Part shown: positions 40,021-52,928 of the stretch, piece after piece
Position numbering within the stretch: the stretch's first letter is position 1
Layout of the letters: every line of letters starts with the position of its first letter
Made by a program: the position numbers and the translations under genes
Origin: Rhina ancylostomus
Taxonomy: Eukaryota
DNA: 64,000 bases
Assembly (NCBI GenBank): GCA_030265395.1
Contig: JARFYF010000061.1
Location: 10,445,916 to 10,509,915 of the forward strand
Reading direction: 5' to 3'
The notes under the pieces: model-generated
Seen by the model: the letters and a program-made list of their open reading frames with translations, nothing else
The model's database searches: none
What the model was told of the DNA's origin: nothing

Positions 40021-43000
40021 AATGTTCCTTCTTAGTTTTATGCACACCACGCTACTTTTTTAAACCTCGATTTTTTTTATCATCCGTGTAATTTCTACAT
40101 TTCGCGTAGTTAACTCATTAACGAAATATTAAATCTGGATACATTCCATTTGCAATGTCAATACTTACGATTCATTCACTTTATCTCCCCCTGCCCCCCC
40201 CCCCGCCCCACACACACAGTNNNNNNNNNNNNNNNNNNNNNNNNNNNNNNNNNNNNNNNNNNNNNNNNNNNNNNNNNNNNNNNNTTAACTGAACCTCGAA
40301 TTGCACATGTGGTTAATAGCGGTGCATTACAAAAGACCTCACACAGCAGTCACCCCCTTTGTCTCGGTTGCTCCTCGATTCTGCTTGCTGGCATTTGCTA
40401 CATCTGAACCCGAGACGGAGGCTGTGATTAAATAGCTATACATCTATGACATTTGGCAAGAAACCAATAATATTTCAATACTTTACACACTTTTAGGTTA
40501 CATCCTTGTTCAGGAAAATCTATATGGATAGATAATCAAATATGATCATTATAATTACTCATAATTAACCATATATAGATATTTAGATATCTGAACAAAA
40601 TTACATATCTGTATGTACTCAAAGGGTTGTAAAAGAGAATTATAGATGCTTAAATTTGCTTGTACACACTCGTAGAGCCAATTCTATCCAATTACTAATG
40701 GCTGAGAGAATTAACAAGATAATTTAATAGCTAGACATAATTGACTGTTGTGATTGGTTTGCGAACAAGGTAAAGGTATGGTAAATGAATAAAAATAAAT
40801 TTACAGTTTCATTGTATCGACCGAATTGAGTTGTTATTTGTAAGGTGAAACTCGCTTTGATACGGGAATTTTGGCACGTCATCCTTTCTTGACGAGGCAG
40901 CGTTTCATGTAGATTTGAATCGAATGCAATTAGGGAAAAAAAACTGAAGGCAGTGACTATGGTCTCAGGTAGACCGGGTCACCTTGTAGTTAGAAGCTAA
41001 CTTCAGACTGGAGATTAAACTTTCACTGCGTAGATCTAACTTTAGGTAATAATTCGGTTTGTGGCTGGCGCTCTTCTTCCTCGCATTTGATCAGTTCCCG
41101 TGCTCTCTGGTAAATTTGCGTCAGAAACTAATGTCTTATTCATCTCTATATATTCCGGTGGATCCGATTATCTCCATTGAAAGGCAGTGGATTCTGAACC
41201 AAGGCGTTTAATTTGATGAGCAAATATATGAACTGTGCGTGAAGATTAAAAACTTGCACTTTCCACGAAATTGAGTGTGAGGGTGTTTCCCCAATCCTGA
41301 GTCGGTAATAAATTGTTCATGTTAACTTCAATTACAGTGTTCTGTAAAATATTGCAAGGTTTTAGATCCATGCCCTAGAGTTTGATGCACTTATTTTTAA
41401 AAGTGTTGGTGTTAGGCTCGCAGCGTTGAACTTTTCACCCTGAAGTTGCCTCAGACAATTTGCCGGACTAGGCCAATTTTCACACCTTCCCTTGTCTGGG
41501 ACCACTAGAAGTGACCAGATTAACCACAATCAGGTCAGCCAATTAAGAAAGCTATGGATTTTGTTGAGACCTACAAGCAATTCTCCCCACCGAACACTGG
41601 GTATGTGCAAACGACTGAATAAATAACTGATATCATGGTCTACGTCTCACTGGGAGCTTCGGTGCCAAGAAATTAACCACATCTCTGATATTGGTAATCC
41701 CAAAAACGAAACGCACTCAAAATCATAAACAAACTCTCAGAAATGTCTGTGTTTCATCCTTCGCTGTTGACGCGTATTTTACTAATTAAATCCATCCTCT
41801 TGCCCCCATTTTCTTTCTGTTATCACTTCGAGTTAGAAGAAGAGAATATGTCAGATTCTCTGATCGTGGGGTNNNNNNNNNNNNGTGCAAGGAGATATTT
41901 TAAAAATTAGGTCGCCTCAAATGTCAATGCAATTTTCATTGAAATGGTGACAATAAAGATTTTTATAGCCCGCATAAATGTAAGTGAAGCGTCATCAGAG
42001 ATGAAAATCACCTGATTTAGATAACGGAGGGGAGACTACTATCGCTTATACAATGCTTAAACCCGTAAAGGTAGTAGGTTTTTGTAGCTTGTGCTATGAC
42101 ACGACTGCGCAAATTTCCACTTTGCTATTCAACCAAACAGTCCCTTCAAGACAGCAGCGAGCCCCTGTGACGTACACAGTGATATGGTGTACACAGTGTG
42201 TTCTGTCTTACGCAATGTGGATTGAATATATATTTTGTGGAAAACGTGTTGTTCCGAAGGGCTAGGTAAGGTGTCCCATGGGCTGTTTCCATATTGCATC
42301 AAGGAATGGGTGTTCATGCGCTGTTTGTATTATGCACTATGAGCTAGGTGTTCAGGGCTGTTCTACATTGGGTGGTTGTCCATAGAGAGTTCAGTTTTAT
42401 CCACTGTAGATTGGCGAGCTCACTGTTTCGGGAAAACATAAAATGCGGCAAAACACAGCAAAATTAAAACTAAAACTTGCTTATTATCCTATTATATATT
42501 GTTACCACTGAAAGCTATTAGCTTGCACTGTAAAACCCCAAGTCCAACAAGTCATCTGGAAATAATATCAAATAACATGATTGAAAGTGTCCTCACAATC
42601 TAACTATATTATACACTATTTTCCACATTGTTCTTTCAATACGTGCGTACTTCGGAAGTTATGAAAATGACTGACCTACAGTTAAAGGCTACCAGCATGA
42701 AGCTGTGTTTCATGAACACAGTGGCAATAATTCATACATGTTCCATAAATGGTTGTAACTGGTCATTGTGCGCACAGTGGCGAATTCAATCTGAGATCAT
42801 TTACTCTGCACTCTGCCCGGCGGATGTCAGGTGATCAGATTCAACCAGATATATCAATTTCTATATCTTCTCCTTATCGTTTACCTTGAACATTGGGATA
42901 GTGTGACATTTGCGGGTTTAGCAACAACTTTGAGTATTTATGTACAGAACTCAAGTTGGCGAGCTGTAACGAAATAAAATTTAAATTAAGGTTTTAAAAT

Positions 43001-44857
43001 GTTTTACTCAACATTTTATGACACATCACTCTTTGGTTTCACTATTGTCCAGTGAATGCGGTTTAGATGCACTTCAGTAAGTAAACTGCAAATAAAATCA
43101 TCCAAATAAAAGGGATACTGGACTCAACCAAACTGGAGTGTTGATAAAAAGCCACATTAGTGATGTGAGATTCTAATAAACAGGAAGTGAGCTGCAGGAG
43201 AAAGCTATGTACCCGTTTTTAAAGTAACAAATCTAACTAAGCTTGATTTAAAAAAAAGAAACTTCAGTTGGCCGGGGTAGCGATGTCCAAACGATTTGGA
43301 ATGAGCCCAGGTCATCCAGAAAGTAAATAGTACCCCAAAGAATCACAGGGACGAAAACTTTAGAGGATTATTAATGAACTCGTAAAATAATTTATTAAAA
43401 TCTATTTTCGTGAATTTCGATACAAGCCGTGGTTTAATTGAATAATATGACTTGTGCCATGTTCTATGCTTTGAAAGATATGTGCACATGCAAATGCTTA
43501 ATACATCAAAATAGCTGTATTTTCCAATAACGAAACGACACTAATCGGTGAACTATTTCAAAATGCACCATTGGAATATAAATAGTACTACCTTATTGAT
43601 GCTTAATCAGTCTTTTGCAAAGATTCGATATACAAGTAAATATGTGATGGGACGAACTAGGTGCAGTAACATGATTTCTGTTTGTATAATCCCACAAGTG
43701 ATTTTATCCTTAAAAATTACATTGAACAAATAAATTGAAACAATAATGGAACTNNNNNNNNNNNNNNNNNNNNNNNNNNNNNNNNNNNNNNNNNNNNNNN
43801 NNNNNNNNNNNNNNNNNNNNNNNNNNNNNNNNNNNNNNNNNNNNNNNNNNNNNAAAGCATAAATGCATTTGAAGTTCTCCCTACACCCACCAGAATTTTA
43901 ACGTATTTTCATGTTCGATATGATTGGAGTGATAACGAATTTGCCAATCAGCCACTACACCCATTCACTTAGCAGGACTGGCAACCCAATTAGGAATCCA
44001 AAGCTAATTGAAAGAGATTTCTTTTAATAGCTACTGGGGCTGACGGAAGTTGAGTCCTGACACGTTTACAACTTCCTCCGCCCCCACCCTGAAAGCCCCT
44101 AATTTATAAACGTACACCATATAATCCAAAAATAACAGCAAGCGGAAACCAAGTGGTTAATCAGAAACATTAATTTATTGGGAAATTATTACAGAAACGC
44201 ACAACAAGAATTATTTAACCAAATAAACTGTATATTAAGCATGATTAACATACTCATTTAATAAATACAATATGCCCATGTTCTTTAAAAAAATGAAACT
44301 TTGGTCCATTGATCAGTAAACCCTCCAGAACTGGGGTTGAGTTTTTGATTAGATCATTTCTAGCATGAAGCCAAAATTTCGCCGACCCGAATATCAACCA
44401 TCAAACAGTTCTAATTAAAGCTTCAAATATTCTTACTTTCACGAAGAGCCCCGCTTTCTTCTAGTGGGTGTGAAGTATTTCCAGCAAAATACAGTCGCAA
44501 AATATGCACACACTATAATAAACCAGTTACAAGTCGTCAGAAAATCTTCACATTATTTTAACATAATAATTCCCAGACAACGATTCACACACTGCATTGT
44601 TAATTACACAACGAAATTAGCAGTTTACTCACTGGAAACGCGTGAAAGAATTAAGTGTCGTTCCGAATTAGGAAGTATGATATGGAACCATAAATCGAGG
44701 AAAAATATAAACTCTTTCTCGGCATCAGTAACATACAAGTTTAATTCTAGGAGTTACATATATACTGTCCCTTTTAATACTTCCTTAATCGTGGTAGTCT
44801 AACTGTTATTTTATTCTTTATTGCTTACAGGAATCGAATTTAATCATGAACCACGGC

Positions 44858-44980
44858 GACACAAGAGACGGCAGATGCTGGAATCTGGAGCCACACGCTA
44901 ATTGCTGGAGAAACTCAGCGGGTCGAGCAGCATCTGTGGGGTAAAATGGACGGTCGACGTTTCGGCTTCAGACCCTTCAT
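44858..44980 (-). mobile_element. Penelope pseudo-LTR derivative, truncated within the hammerhead CUGAUGA box
   Basis: GCAGATGCTGGAATCTGGAGC...GCTGGAGAAACTCAGCGGGTCGAGCAGCATCTGTGG...GACGTTTCGGCTTCAGACCCTTCAT. Confidence 0.75.
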
Positions 44981-46725
44981 GTTTTAAAAATTATGAATAA
45001 GAATGTGACTAACGCAGATTTTAAAACCGGTTCCATGAGAAACATCGTAATATTTAGATTTTGTTCAATTTACATTCATTCTCGAGCTACATAAATCCAG
45101 AGTTGTTCCACGACTTGAAACTCATTTTCTGTGCTAAACTTCGACAGGTAAATAGAACAGAATTGTATTGGTTGCATCTAGAGCCAGTGGAGATTCCCAC
45201 ACAGTTCATGGATGTTCATATCCCTTGAAATTCTCTGAATCCATTGCACACACACTCCTAGATTAGTGGGTTTACTTTTGTGGGGTATGGGAAAGAAGGT
45301 CGGAGTGATGGGGGATGGGGTATGCGGAGTGACGTTGGCCCCCAACCAGCCCATTCTGTGTAATCTCATACGTTTGTTCATGAACGCGGCGTCTGTCACA
45401 ATTTTGTTCACAGTCTCTCCGGTGTAATTCCGCCAACATTAACGTAAATGACGCAACAGATCGTGAGATATGAAGCATGAGTTACGTTTCATTTGCCAAG
45501 TCTTTTAAAAACAAACTAGATTCTGCCCCACCCACACACTAGTCATACCCCGAGGGTGAATTACCCCTATTGGGAGTTTCACTTAATTGTTCTCAATTGC
45601 AAGCTTTCCAGGTGGTTCCAAAATTAAATGGATCTTTTGGGTGCTACTCTAATAGTTATGGTTGAACATTTCTTTAACAGTAAAAAAAACAAGATGATTA
45701 CTGTACACTAATATAACGAAGAAATGGTTCTATATATTTTTACGAAGTCATTATCTGTAATTTCGTTCTATAATTTCACAGATGGTGGAATGACACTGAT
45801 TTAAAATGCTTACTTTAAACCCATTTCACCAACATTAATCAAATGTTACCAACTTGCTCTTAAAAATAAAAAGGAATGTTTTAAAATAATTTTCTAAATA
45901 GCACGTTTTAAAATTGCCTTGGTTCATGACAGGTTAAGCGTGAGTAGAAATATAAATCATTTGGGGTGGGTGGAGAGAAGGTTTTCACAGTTAAATTGGA
46001 CGCAAATTTGGGCACACTTTGTACTAGAATCGCTGTTTGCGCTCTATAGGTAAATTGAACTATCAACAGCAGAATAAGCCCATTGAGCACAATAATTTTT
46101 CATAAGCAAGTTCTATCAATTCATACGAATTTATTGCAGGTTAAAAGTTAAACTCTTAATAAAATCACAAAGCATACTCAGTTTTCTAAAAAAAACACAT
46201 CATATACCTAAATTCATATACAAAATTAACTTCAATAGAGGGTGCTCTGAAATCCATAGACGCCAAAGGTCCAAAAACAAATGTTTAAAAATCATCTCCT
46301 CATTAGACCAATTTGTCTCATTAAATTTATTAGGGATATTTACTTTGTTTTGGCCCGGAAGTCATTTCCTTTCCTATGTCTTTTGCTGAGAGTATATAAC
46401 CTAACCATTTCCAATTTATCCCCACCACACACGCAAATCATTGCGTATCTGTAAACTTGATCTCAACTCATCCCTATGCAGGAAGAACATTGACGGAAAG
46501 TAACTTGATTTAATAACAACAAGGTATATATTGACTGAAAATTCAAGGTTCTTCCCTAACAAAGTTCCAATGGTCAAACACCGATATAACCGGCGTTAAT
46601 AGACGTCGATGCTTCAAGTTTCCATCAAATCTTATTTCGCTGACCAACGGACCTAAAGTGCAAAGGCTCGCAACACATTCCAACTTTCTCCAGGGTGACA
46701 GGTCTTCTATCTTATCCCTAAGACT

Positions 46726-46852
46726 TCAGGCTCTTGCAACGTCTGTATTGTTGCCAAGCAAACTGTGTTTTAGGATATCTCTGAAGTCTGTGGTCATGAG
46801 GCTAGCCACTCGTGATACGGACAGCTCTTCCAGTAACTCTGTAATGGGAATT
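46726..46852 (-). CDS. Candidate terminal exon of an unidentified transcript (41-aa open frame)
   Basis: Acceptor TTATGTTTTATTTTACAG| is followed by phase-2 IPITELLEELSVSRVASLMTTDFRDILKHSLLGNNTDVARA*. Minus-strand AATAAA signals lie downstream. No homology recognised. Confidence 0.25.
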
Positions 46853-47249
46853 CTGTAAAATAAAACATAAGAGCTAATTTAAAAATGCATTCATGCCAAG
46901 TTTAATATCAAAGGACGTGGGCTTTTTTATTCCTCTATGAACGTCCGCAAGGAAGGTGTGTTTTAACATTATTGGTCACGATCTCCATTAAAAGCCCATT
47001 TGAAGTTGAGATGAGATCAACTTCACATCAGTATTATAACGCATTGCATAATTTCCCATACATTTTTACCGTCTAGTCTGCGCACTTTGGAGAATGAAAC
47101 GCTAAAGACAACCCCACAGTCATTGTTTTGTGGAACAGACTCGATTGGCCGATTGGCCCAATTCTGCTCTTCTATTTTATGGTCTAGTCTCAACCTGAAC
47201 TGGACATTATCGAGGATCGTCTAATGAAACGGACAACATAACTTTAAGG

Positions 47250-47680
47250 TTTATAAATAAGGACATCGAGTATGATGTTAATGGATAAACAATGTGTTTT
47301 GATGGTTATTCATTTAGTTGAGTACCAAGCAACCCGTTATGGAAAGGACATATAAGAAATAGTGAGCATAATACGTAGGCTCATCAGGGATGTGAAGTGT
47401 TGCGCTTGACGAGAAACCTGAGATCCTGAAATCTGCTTCCACTCGAAGAACCAGGGTTTAGCTTTAATTTATGGAGAGTTTGAGAAGGCGATGAGGGGGA
47501 GACTATTTGATCTGTTTTGCTAATACATGACCAGTTATCAAGTTAACATTATAATTGAGAGTGATAAAAGGGATTCAAAGAAATTACATTAGGAAGGGGA
47601 TTGATGAACTATTGATTCTTTTGGTTTGGGGAGTGGTTGAGGTGGAAAACGTTGCACATTATTGAAGTGAATAAGGCCAG
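47250..47680 (+). mobile_element. Highly decayed CR1 ORF2 C-terminal region
   Basis: TTTATAAATAAGGACATCGAGTAT, TTATGGAAAGGACATA and CTTCCACTCGAAGAACCAGGGTT are collinear with the CR1 at 50190. Confidence 0.4.
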
Positions 47681-50189
47681 AAAACATAACTGTTACTGTG
47701 GAGTTACTGTTAGCACTGCAGTGCCGGCACTGATACAAACATCTGAAAGGTCTTCGCTGTTTAAAGAAAAGCTACAACTGCATTGTTTTATAAGGAGATC
47801 CAATAAGAAAAAAGGTAATATCTAGAAAATGTAATAAACGGGGAGATAAAACAAGCGATCCCATTCATGAATCACAATTATAACGCTGCAAGAATATAGA
47901 GCCAGAGGACCGTTATTGTAATTCTTAGTATGTCCATTCTCAAACTTCAGATCATTTGATTATTAATATTTTTGTGGTCCACTCCTTACATGTACATAGA
48001 CATTTAGATCCTACCGTACCATTTTTGCAAAATCTTGCAGTTTACGTGTTAATTAATTTTTCGACAGTTTATAAGAGATTTTGCACAAAAGGCGTAAAAT
48101 GTCCTTTGCAAATCCCCCATCTTCCATAAATGTTACGATAGCATCAGACTTCAGGAATATCATTTCATGACAAAAAGAGGCGTTTCTCCCATTAGAGGTT
48201 AAAAGGATTAGTTTCTCTACACGAGAACATTATTTGCAAACAGGCCAGGTCCTACATCACTAGTACAAATGAATTACTTTTAATACGATGTGACAGACAT
48301 CCCTCAGGATGCTCAAAGTTGAGTCCATCGCTCATTCCCTTGCTGATGCTTTCTCCTTTGTCGAAATTCTAAAAGGTACTAAACTTTAATCTTCGGGTTC
48401 AAACACATAAAATAAATGTTCGAACCGCGATCTTTAGAGCTGAAGTATTCCAAGGAAGTAGCGGCTCATTGAATCTTAATGCAAATTCCAACTTTCAATT
48501 AAGTAGATTGAAAGTTTAAGTGCTGGGCAGTCTGATTTGACCCACCTTCCTGAATTTTTTTTATATTTCTCTTCCTGTTTCTTAGATCTCTCTTCTCACT
48601 TTAGTTTAAGACTTCTAATTTTCCTCTCTCCCCACACCCAAATGAGTCTGATGGTTTGCAGCACCGTGCATATTTTCACAGTTGGATTGTATACAGGATC
48701 TCCTCGGGAAATCAAATGTTCCCCCACAGTACTTTAAAACCATCGGATTAAACGCAATGGACACCAAGAGAGCAGCCCTGAGACCAGTACTCGATTTTAA
48801 CCTGTATTGCATATTCCTATCTATAGATCTGACCAAAATCTTGCTGAAAGATATTATATTCTGCAAATAAACAAAAATAACCAATACAACCAGAGCCTGA
48901 AGGACTCATGTAATCTGATATTAATTGTTTATTTAAATTGTCTCAGTCTAGTTAACCATATCCATTTCAGAGCTATCAATAACTACGTTCCTGCTATCTA
49001 TAAATACCCACCCCTTCAGGTGGCCCGCCCATTCTTTCAAGGGTAGGAGGGACATTGAATGGGTTTGGGATAGGTAGATAGAACTAAGCGTAGGCTTGTT
49101 CTACGGGTAGACTTCTACGTAAATTAGTCTTTCGATGGATATGAAGTCACACTTACACGGAGCACTGACTTCGTATTTTTACTACGAATTAGCAACCCAG
49201 TCAATAGTAATGTGGATTCTTAGTTGGGGCAAATGGAGATTGATTTTCGTTGAACAGATTGACTCACAACTGTCAATATATGTCAACTGTCCACCAGGAT
49301 TTATACTTGCATAGGGAGCTGTGAGCTAATTAAAGATCTCGTCTTGCGGTTTAATTAGGTCTTTATCCTCTAGTCCAGCGTGTAACCTGCTGGATCATTC
49401 ACCACAGCTTTATCAATGAACCTATTCATCGTGTGAATACTTTACAACAATACAGATGGAGGACACATGCTGAAAGATACTCAGATTTCGAGCAGGGCGA
49501 TGCATGTCCTTGTGGTTTTTTTGAGTTTGAACCATGAACATGGTTCATCCCCACAACTGCATATCCCCACTTTCCCCAAAACATTTAACATCCCGTCCGC
49601 CCCCCGACATTGTAATCCAGAAGGTTGTGGAGCCAACTCCTCTCTGGGATTCTGCTTTCCTCTTATCTTGTCAGCATCTCAAAACCGAACTCCAAATTCC
49701 GCACCTGACCCAACCTACCTCCAGTTTCTTATCGGTACCTTTCCTCTCCCCCACACCGGGACTTCTCGAAATAATTAGCCACAATGAAGACAACAATTGC
49801 TGTTTATATTTTCTGTTCTCAGGTTGGTATCGGATCCCGTTCCGAAGAGAACTTCATAATCTAATTCTTTTATTTTAACTCCACTGAGCGTGCTTTTCAC
49901 AAAGAGTACAATGTATTTCATCCGAGTCATTTGACATACAGTGATTTATTTGTGTGCATCAGTCTCGTTTCTGAAACTCCTCCCTCACTCAGTTACGTAT
50001 TGAAACAAGGCCCAATAACTGAATTCCGCGTTTGAACCTTACTTTCCAAGAACAATGTAACATTTGACATGGATTTCAAGATATTTCGGCTTTATTCATT
50101 TTTGTAGCCATTGAATAATATTTCAACTTGAGAATGGGGTCAATTCATGACATTGTTTTATCTAATCTGTAAGGTGTTGTATTTTGGGG

Positions 50190-51080
50190 GGTCAAGTGGA
50201 AGAGGGAATTATAGTAAATGACAGGACCCTGTGGAGCCCTGATGTACAGAGGGACCTTTGTTGCCAGTCCATAGCTCCGTGAAATGGCAACACAAGTGGA
50301 TAGGGTGTGAAGAATGTGAACAACATGCTTGCCTTCATTGGTAGGGGCACTGAGTATAAAAATTGGGAAGTCAAGTTGCAGCTGTATAAAACTTTAGTTA
50401 GGACACATCTGGAGTATTATGTACAGTTCTGGTCACCGCAATACTGGAAAGGTGTGGAAGCTTTGCAGAGGGTGCAGAAGAAGTTTGCCAGAATGTTTAG
50501 AAACAGAAGATACTGCAGGTGCACCACTCAGCAGGTCAGGCAGCATCTGTGAAGGCAAAGGGATGTTTAATGTTTTGGGGCGAGACCCCTCATCAGCTCC
50601 AGGGCAAGATATTGCCTGGATTGAATACTATTAGCTATAAGGAGACATTGGATAAGCCTGGATTGTATTTTTTCCTGGAGCACCAGAAGCTGAGAAGTGA
50701 CCTGATAGAGGTATATACAATGATGAGAGTCATAGTTAGGATAGATAGTCAGAGTCCTTTTCCCAGAGTGGAAATGTCAAATACTGGAGGGCAGAGGTTG
50801 ACGGCACAAGAGGAGAAGTTTAGACCAGATGTACGAGGCAATCTTTTTGTTTACAGAGAGTGGTAGGTGCCTGGAACAAACTACCAGGGGAGGTGGTGGA
50901 AACAGATACAAAATCAGCATTTGAGATACTTAGACAGGCACATGAACAAGTAGGAAATAGAGGGAAACAGTCTATGGCAGGCAGATGGGAATAGTTAGAT
51001 TGGCATCCTAGTTGGTGCAAACATGGTAGGCTGAAGGGCCTGTTCCTGAGTTGGACTGTTCTTTGTTCTAAGTTTTATGT
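50190..51080 (+). mobile_element. CR1 LINE 3' portion with a nested insertion
   Basis: NNMLAFIGRGTEYKNWEVKLQLYKTLVRTHLEYYVQFWSPQYWKGVEALQRVQKKFARM, LEHQKLRSDLIEVYTMMR, and a CR1 tail. Confidence 0.9.
50498..50602 (-). mobile_element. Penelope pseudo-LTR derivative nested in the CR1
   Basis: CTCAGCAGGTCAGGCAGCATCTGTG...TGTTTTGGGGCGAGACCCCTCATCAG interrupts the CR1 reading frame at RM/LPGL. Confidence 0.7.
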
Positions 51081-52767
51081 TCTAGAGGTTATTCAAGCAG
51101 GAGCAAGACCCTTTCTTCACCATCACATTTTTCTTACATATTAAAGGCTGGCACATATAATACAACAGTGGAGTTGAAGTCATTTGTCTATATAACTTCC
51201 ATTGACTTCCACCATTTGGTAAACAGAATGTAATCACCAGAGTCAACTCACTCACTTGCACCTGTACTTATTTTAATTTGATTACTATAGTACTTTCAAT
51301 TATATAGAAAATCATTTTAAGTTCATAAGGATCCTGTTTTGATAGCATTGGCCATACCATTTCAGTTGTCGCTAAACTACGGAGAAATAATTATATTTTA
51401 ATCTCGGAGTTGGTTCTCACTTTTGTTTGTAGCAACTGAGCAGGGAAGTGGGTTATACTACAGATCTACACTATTACTAAACATCTTTGACAGCACCTCC
51501 CAAACATTCAACTGCCACTACTTAGGACAAGGAAGCAGGAGCACAGGAAGCTCAATAGCACCAAGTTCCTCTCCAAGTCCCACAACAATCAAGCTTGGAC
51601 ATATATCACGGTTGCTCAATTATTATGGAATTTCTTATCCAAGACTAAGGGAGCATCTTCTCCACAGACTAATGGCTCAGAAAGAAGACTCACCATGACC
51701 ATTTTGTTAACAATCAAGCATGGGAAATGAAAAATAGGTTTGTCAGAGAAGACCACATCCCAAGATATTTTACTTAATAGGAGATAGATCTCAAATCAAT
51801 ATCAGTCCTATGTAATATTTGAATTAAAGTAGTAATAATGGAGAACATCTCCATGGATTAGAGTTTCACAACCACTGTACTCCATGCAAATTATCACACA
51901 ATTAAATTTATAAACTCATGTCCACTGAAACATTTAAAAAATGATCACCAGAGTTCTCCCTCGGGTGTGAGAAGCAGTACAAGTTGTCATTATTGATCAG
52001 TGTTCTGGCCTGATACACTCTAAACTGAGTACCTATTAAACTGCAGTTTACCAGAAGTGTCCAGGCTTTTAAGATTTTATTTTTGTAACTCACAACTTTG
52101 TACTGTTGGGAGAGGAAAATAACATGTAAAAGAAAACAACATGCTGGGCAGAATGACTAAATTACAAGAGAGGCTGTTCCAGAAGTTCTTCACTGGGTCA
52201 AGAGCTTCTTTAGGGCAACCTGATGCTATGAAAGGCAAGTTTTCTTTCCTTCTCTGAAGCTGAAATTGGTTATACCAAGAGATCGAGGTATTGTGATCTA
52301 GAAGTTATCACTCCTCCAGCAGCAACTATAAGATAATCTTTTCCAGTCTTCTCCACACAACTCATTTAAATAGGTATCAGGGGTGGGGGGGGGGGGAAGA
52401 AATAGGCCAATAGAATGGTGCTGACAGGACTAGGTAAAAATTTAGTTGCTATATGGTTCAGGTACACACTGGAAACATATCTATCTCCAGACAGCTTTGA
52501 TACTGGAGTGCACAAAATCCATTCACTGGAAAATGAACCCAGTTGTCTGTGATATGTACATCATGCTTCTTCTCTCCAATGAAAGTACAAGAAATAAAGA
52601 TGCATTTAATGATTGTTCAGATGATTTGTAAGTGGTCCCAGGATTGCCCAGAATTATTCCAGCAATCTGCGAGGATGTGCAGACATTTAACGGTAGCTGT
52701 GAGCATATTGATCAGTACAATGAGAAGTTAAAGCTGAATGACATTTTAACCAACATGCCTAACTAGT

Positions 52768-52928
52768 TGAAGACAGAAAAGACTGCAGATGTCTGAATCT
52801 GGAGCAACAGAAAATCTGATGGAAGAAAGAGAACCCTGAAGCAGGGACTCAACCTGAAATGTGAACAACTCCTTTCCTCCCCACAGATGCTGCTCGACCC
52901 GCTGAGTTCCTCCAGCAGATTGTTTGTT
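52768..52928. mobile_element. Inverted pair of Penelope pseudo-LTR pieces
   Basis: GACTGCAGATGTCTGAATCTGGAGCAAC (minus copy) is joined to CTGAAGC-AGGGACTCAACCT-GAAATGTG...CACAGATGCTGCTCGACCCGCTGAGTTCCTCCAGCA (plus copy). Confidence 0.7.

Larger units (their letters stand above)
31950..50050. promoter_or_regulatory. CpG-undepleted, repeat-poor domain 2 (putative hypomethylated regulatory domain)
   Basis: Hand count: 17 CG in 35041-35280 versus 0 in 26041-26280. Resident repeats retain their CpGs, and many TF-motif clusters are present. Confidence 0.65.

Noticed and set aside
44818-44838. miR-137-like TTATTGCTTA
   Set aside because: 10-nt match only, within an AT-rich tract and with no hairpin.
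46918-46940. miR-135-like TGGGCTTTTTTATTCCTCTATGA
   Set aside because: The seed ATGGCTT is absent, there are indels against the mature sequence, and no hairpin is evident.
52491-52627. Plus-strand exon-like unit (CTCCAG ... GTAAGT) with one open frame
   Set aside because: Weak polypyrimidine tract, unrecognisable peptide and no partner exons identified.
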